A DNA stretch of 63,999 nt, counting the filler, from Acidimicrobiia bacterium (GTDB taxonomy: Bacteria > Actinomycetota > Acidimicrobiia > Spongiisociales > CAZKJJ01), in NCBI GenBank assembly GCA_046759765.1. It is 24 parts of 24 records of this genome, joined end to end, with 100 filler letters (N's around TTAATTAATTAA, not from the genome) between each part and the next. Parts side by side here need not be neighbours in the genome. Positions count along the whole stretch, not along the records: positions 59,373 to 61,735 come from JBHICV010000268.1; positions 61,836 to 63,999 come from JBHICV010000278.1; 22 more parts are not named here. One strand, written 5' to 3'. The translations under genes were made by a program, and so were the position numbers. This document shows positions 59,511 to 63,999 of the stretch, in pieces (the stretch's first letter is position 1; each line of letters starts with the position of its first letter). The notes beneath the pieces are model-generated. The model saw only the letters and a list, made by a program, of their open reading frames with translations. It was not told the origin of the DNA and made no database searches.

Positions 59511-61253
59511 TCACGGGTAGGCGAGCTCGATCCGGTAGACATCGTCTCCGACTCGTACCAGCTCACCATCCAGGAAGTGCTCGGTCCCTTTCTCGAAGGC
59601 GCCGTCGCCATTCAGGTCGATCCAGACACCGCTCTCTACGAAAAGACCGGTGTGACGGCCAAACTCGAACGCCACGGCGCTGAAGAGTCGACCACCCAAG
59701 TCGACCTTTCCGACGTAGTGGCAGGCGGCGAAGAAGTATGGCCTGTAAGGGCCTCCCTCCCGCCCCTCGCCGACATAGAAAAACAACTTGTAGGGCCGGT
59801 GTAACGTAGTGCCGGACGAAGTTACCACCTCGACTGGCAGGGTAATGGTGACGGGGACCCTCCCCCTCACCAACGGATTCTGGTAAGGCGGGCCATCGTC
59901 GGTCAGGTCTTCGTTGTTGTTCTTGTCGACGTAGATCATCCAGGTGGGTCGATCCAGCTCATCGATGACGAACGTGATCCGCGTATCCGGACTGTTGCCG
60001 AGCGGAAGGTAGCTGTAGAGGACTTGGGAAGAGCGGTAGCTGGGCTCGGCACGCAGCGTCTCGTAGGGGCGCGTATCGAGGCCACCCGCAAAGGTGAGCC
60101 CTTGCCCCACCGACAGGCCCTCCGGGTACCAGGGATCGTCCACGAACTCGAAGCTCTGAAAGATGTCCAGACGAAGGACTCTTGCCACCGGAGCACGAGG
60201 CTCCACCGCCGACGTACCCGCGTCGGACCTTTGTGGAAGGGCGCGGGGCTCGTCCGTCGCAGCGCTGCCCTCCGACGGCACCGGCGCCGTTTCGACAGGA
60301 TCCTCCGCACGATGCGCCGCTCGGCTCTGCAGCAGGCCGTAGCCGGCAAGCACGATGAGGGCAACGACACTAGCGGAGACCAGGCGCCGGAGGGCTGGTC
60401 CGCGCTTCTCCGCCAGCAGGGCCTCCAGATCCCTCTTCAGCTCGGCGGCCGTGCGATAGCGCCGCTCCAAGCTGGGCTCGACCATCTTCGCCAGCACGGC
60501 CGCCAACCCTTTGGAGACATGCACGTGACCGCCGAAGTCCAACTGCGCCTCGCGCCTTCCGATCTCCGAGGGCTCCTTGTGCGAGAGCACCGCGATCAGC
60601 GTCGCGCCCAGAGAGTAGATGTCGGAGGCGGGGACGGCGTTTGCCTCGTACTGCTCCAGCGGCATGTAGCCGTAGGTGCCGACGACCGTGGACCCCTCCA
60701 GCTCGTACTGGACGAGGTGATTCTTCACCGCGCCGAAGTCGATCAGGAATACCTCTGCGCCCTCGCCATACAGGATGTTGCTCGGCTTGATGTCCCGGTG
60801 GACGAGTGGCGGGGATCGGTCATGCAGGTACTCGAGGATCTCCGTCACCTGGAGTGCGATCTGGATCACTTCCCCCTCGCTGAAGTGCCGGCCCGCCGCG
60901 ACCAGCTGGGCCAGGCTCCGCGCCTTGACGTACTGCTGCACGAGGTAGAGCTGTGTGTCGTCTTCCGTCTCGACGGTGAAGCAGTCGACTAAGTTGGGAA
61001 TCCGCGGATGGTCGAGGTGAGCCAGGATGCGGCCCTCGCGCTCGAACAGCTCGACGATCTTGGCGGCGTCGCTTCCCGACAGGGACTCGACCTCCTTCAC
61101 GGACTGGCTGTAGGCGCTCAGTACCGACAGCTGCTTCACGACGCACAGCTGGCTCGTTCGCTCGTCGACTGCGAGGAACGTCGTGGCGAGGCGTCCCTGG
61201 GCCAGCGTTTCTTTGATCCGGTAGCGGTCCTTGAGGAGCGTGTCGGTATCCAT
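59511..61253 (-). CDS. Membrane Ser/Thr protein kinase with an extracytoplasmic domain
   Basis: VVK, HRDIKPSN, DFG, GTYGYMPLE, DIYSLG; TM segment; DKNNNEDLTDD. Confidence 0.93.
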   Translation of the reverse strand: MDTDTLLKDRYRIKETLAQGRLATTFLAVDERTSQLCVVKQLSVLSAYSQSVKEVESLSGSDAAKIVELFEREGRILAHLDHPRIPNLVDCFTVETEDDTQLYLVQQYVKARSLAQLVAAGRHFSEGEVIQIALQVTEILEYLHDRSPPLVHRDIKPSNILYGEGAEVFLIDFGAVKNHLVQYELEGSTVVGTYGYMPLEQYEANAVPASDIYSLGATLIAVLSHKEPSEIGRREAQLDFGGHVHVSKGLAAVLAKMVEPSLERRYRTAAELKRDLEALLAEKRGPALRRLVSASVVALIVLAGYGLLQSRAAHRAEDPVETAPVPSEGSAATDEPRALPQRSDAGTSAVEPRAPVARVLRLDIFQSFEFVDDPWYPEGLSVGQGLTFAGGLDTRPYETLRAEPSYRSSQVLYSYLPLGNSPDTRITFVIDELDRPTWMIYVDKNNNEDLTDDGPPYQNPLVRGRVPVTITLPVEVVTSSGTTLHRPYKLFFYVGEGREGGPYRPYFFAACHYVGKVDLGGRLFSAVAFEFGRHTGLFVESGVWIDLNGDGAFEKGTEHFLDGELVRVGDDVYRIELAYP

Positions 61254-61612
61254 AGTCGTTAGTACCGCGATTTACCTGATCGGGGCGTCCATCAGTTCGT
61301 TGGCCTGGGCGCGGTCAAAAGGGATCGCTGTTCGAGGTCGTCTCCTGGCGCCCGTTGCACACCGCCGAAAAGGCGGAACACACTCTGACGTCAAGATCTG
61401 TGAATTCGATATAGGCCTAGAGGTCTAGGAAAGGCGGGAGGGTTGGTCCTTCATGCGGACACCGCAGTTCGCAGATAAAGTTCACAACTTCTCCCTTCCG
61501 TGGCAATACTCCTGGCTAGGCGCCTAGTCGTCAAATGCGCCACGAGAGCCTGCGCTCTCACCGAACCGCCGCTGGCTCGCCTACGTATTGGATGAGTCGC
61601 GACGCCCCGAAT

Positions 61613-61735
61613 CTATCTGGGAGCCGTCCCAGAACCCGGCGGCGAAACCGGCAGGTATCGCCCAATGTCCCCGGCTTCAAGCGTGATGAGCGCCACAGTC
61701 TTACCGTTTCCGGCGACAAACTCCACCTCGAAGCT
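61613..61735 (-). CDS. DUF4926-like C-terminal fragment
   Basis: FEVEFVAGNGKTVALITL. Confidence 0.65.
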   Translation of the reverse strand, partial: SFEVEFVAGNGKTVALITLEAGDIGRYLPVSPPGSGTAPR

Positions 61736-61835
61736 NNNNNNNNNNNNNNNNNNNNNNNNNNNNNNNNNNNNNNNNNNNNTTAATTAATTAANNNNNNNNN
61801 NNNNNNNNNNNNNNNNNNNNNNNNNNNNNNNNNNN

Positions 61836-62161
61836 TTCAACGGCAGCACCGCGGTGGACTTGGCACCGACGCCGTGAATGGAGCGGTTATGGCAGGAGTG
61901 TTCGATCTGGCCATTGGACTCGTGGGGCATTTTTGCACCCTCGGCCAGCGATCCGGCACCGCGCAGCTGCACATCCACTTCGTCCGCCCCGTAATGGGCG
62001 ACCGTTTCGAGGTGCTGGGCCGACTGGTCCGAGCCGGACGCTCGCTGGTATTCGCAACGGCGGATCTTCATGACGAGACTGGGCAACTTTGCGCCCGTTG
62101 CGACGGCATTGTCGCTGTGGCGAGAGAGCGGGCGCCGGAAGAGGAAACGATAGCGCTCTAG
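61836..62161 (+). CDS. PaaI family thioesterase (5' truncated)
   Basis: HRGG...VNGAVMAGVFDLAIG...TAQLHIHFVRP...GRSLVF. Confidence 0.85.
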
Positions 62162-62281
62162 CTCGCCGCCTGGGCTCCGGCCTCGATCAGCGGTTGGAGC
62201 GACTCAGGCGTCCAGGCTTGCCAGGCCTGGCCACTGCGCCGGGGAGCTCGGAATCCGGGGTGACGACGCAGGAGGATCCCG

Positions 62282-63999
62282 ATGATGAAGCTCCTGTCAG
62301 TGAATGTCTCCCTTCCCAAAGAGGTCACGTACAAGGGGAAGACGGTCAGAACGGGCATCTTCAAGAAACCCGTCGAGGGCCGAGTAAAGGTCAGACGCCT
62401 CAACCTCGACGGTGACGGCCAGGCGGACCTGGTGGGTCACGGCGGCGAATTCCGTGCAGTACTGGTCTATTCATTCGAGAACTACGACTACTGGGCGAAG
62501 GAGCTGGGGCGAACCGATTTCCACCTCGGACAGTTCGGGGAGAACTTGACCGTCCAGGGGATGGTGGATGAGGACATTCACGTCGGCGACCGCTTCCGCA
62601 TAGGGACCGCGCTTTTCGAGGTCACCCAGCCTCGCGTACCCTGCTACAAGCTGGCCATGAAGATGGGCGTCGAGGGGTTCTATAATCGGATTCTCGAGAG
62701 CGGACGGCCGGGGTTCTACTTTCGCGTGCTGGAAGAAGGTGAGGTTGGCGCCGGCGATGTCATCGTGCCCGCGATGTCAGATCCACTGCGCATGACCGTT
62801 CGCCGGGTCAACAATCTTCTCTACTTCGAGAAGGACGACCTGGATGGCGCTCGAGAAGCTCTTCGGATCGAAGCCCTGTCCCCCGGTTGGCGGGGGTCGT
62901 TCGAGGCGCGTCTCGCCAAAGCGGAGATCTCGGCCAAGGCCCAGGAGCAGTTCAGAACGCTCGTGGTCACCCGCAAGGTTCCGGAGAGCGACAACATCAC
63001 CTCGTTCTACCTCGTGGCCGACGACGAGAAGCCGCTCGATCCGTTCTTGCCGGGCCAGTTTCTCCCGCTCAAGCTGGACATCCCGGGGCAATACCAGCCG
63101 GTCGTCCGCACCTACTCACTTTCCGACAGTCCCAACGCGCCCCACTATCGACTGACGATCAAGCGGGAGCCGGCGCCGCCCGACCAACCCGATGCCTACC
63201 CAGGCGTCTCGTCCAACTATTTCCATGATCAGGTAGGCGTAGGCACCAAGCTCCTGGCCAAGTCACCGAGGGGCAAGTTCTACCTCGATCCTCGCCGTGA
63301 GACCCCCGTGGTCTTGCTTAGCGCGGGGGTCGGGCTTACGCCGCTGGTGAGCATGCTGAACGCCATAGTGGAGACGGGCTCGGGCCGGCCGACGTGGTTT
63401 CTTCACGGCAGTCGGAACGGGAGGGTCCACGCCCTGGGTAGGCATATGCGGCGAGTGGCTCAAGAAAACGAGAACGTCGACGTGCACGTCAGGTACAGCC
63501 AGCCGTCACCGGAAGACGTGATGGACCGCGACTACGATGACCTGGGACACATAGACATCGAACTCGTGAAGCGGCTAGTTCCCGACACGAACCGCGATTT
63601 CTACCTTTGCGGTCCGACCCCCTTCATGAAATCCCTATTCGACGGCCTTCTTGAGTGGGAGGTCCCGGAACACCGGATTCACTACGAGTTCTTCGGTCCA
63701 GCCTCTGCTCTCAAAGAGAGGGCGAAGGTTTCTACCCCCAAGCGCCTCGCGGAAGCCTCGGAGTGCTGCACCGACATCGAAGTGACGTTCTCCCAATCGG
63801 GTGTCAAGGCCAACTGGAACCCGTCTCTCGAGAGCATCCTCGACTTAGCCGAGGCAAACGGATTGAGCCCAGACTACAGCTGCAGGTCCGGCATCTGTCA
63901 CACCTGTATGTGCCCGCTGGAAGAAGGGGAGGTGGAGTACGTCTTAGAGCCCCTCGATCCGCCGGATCCGGGATCGGTCTTGATCTGCTGCTCCAAGCC
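62282..63999 (+). CDS. MOSC + FAD/NAD-binding reductase + 2Fe-2S ferredoxin fusion (runs off the window; not in the ORF track)
   Basis: GDGQAD...HGG, FGEN, QPRVPCYK, RTYSLS, GVGLTP, YLCGP, EFFGP, CRSGICHTC...LICCS; GGAGG RBS. Confidence 0.93.
   Translation, partial: MMKLLSVNVSLPKEVTYKGKTVRTGIFKKPVEGRVKVRRLNLDGDGQADLVGHGGEFRAVLVYSFENYDYWAKELGRTDFHLGQFGENLTVQGMVDEDIHVGDRFRIGTALFEVTQPRVPCYKLAMKMGVEGFYNRILESGRPGFYFRVLEEGEVGAGDVIVPAMSDPLRMTVRRVNNLLYFEKDDLDGAREALRIEALSPGWRGSFEARLAKAEISAKAQEQFRTLVVTRKVPESDNITSFYLVADDEKPLDPFLPGQFLPLKLDIPGQYQPVVRTYSLSDSPNAPHYRLTIKREPAPPDQPDAYPGVSSNYFHDQVGVGTKLLAKSPRGKFYLDPRRETPVVLLSAGVGLTPLVSMLNAIVETGSGRPTWFLHGSRNGRVHALGRHMRRVAQENENVDVHVRYSQPSPEDVMDRDYDDLGHIDIELVKRLVPDTNRDFYLCGPTPFMKSLFDGLLEWEVPEHRIHYEFFGPASALKERAKVSTPKRLAEASECCTDIEVTFSQSGVKANWNPSLESILDLAEANGLSPDYSCRSGICHTCMCPLEEGEVEYVLEPLDPPDPGSVLICCSK

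Noticed and set aside
2864..61835. Regularly recurring TTAATTAATTAA flanked by N-runs
   Set aside because: Artificial contig linker, not a biological repeat or CRISPR; ORFs ending in XXX-LIN are artefacts, and cross-spacer gene neighbourhoods are meaningless.

Overview
This window is not one locus. It is 24 short contigs (about 2.2-2.9 kb, sorted by decreasing length) joined by artificial 100-nt spacers (N-run + TTAATTAATTAA + N-run), so gene neighbourhoods only hold within a contig. Most contigs look high-GC actinobacterial (Acidimicrobiia-like); a few look NC10/Rokubacteria/Nitrospira-like or archaeal, so the bin is probably mixed (inference from protein style, no search run). Recognisable content: two tRNAs (Val-TAC, Leu-GAG), gpmA, secG, xfp-ackA, a gabD-like aldehyde dehydrogenase, HtrA, a two-component system, serine and tyrosine recombinases, IS110/IS256/IS30, two MobF relaxase 3' ends, and an MNT-HEPN pair. 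Main findings: (1) a dispersed family of 28-bp dif/Xer-like sites (consensus CCCGCCCATAT-CGGCAC-ATATGCGCTAC) on at least seven contigs. These sites flank single small accessory genes and coincide with the points where homology between paralogous regions stops, including just after two relaxase genes, which suggests an undescribed cassette/IMEX-like system. (2) An IdrA/AioA-like molybdoenzyme with an unusual active-site loop and B-A gene order. (3) A UxxC selenoprotein with a SECIS-like hairpin that the ORF track missed. (4) An IS110 whose 3' non-coding end has a bridge-RNA-like fold with segments matching its own target and donor ends. (5) Matching attP-like and attL/R-like sites of a tRNA-Leu-targeting serine recombinase, plus a second island end at the same tRNA.
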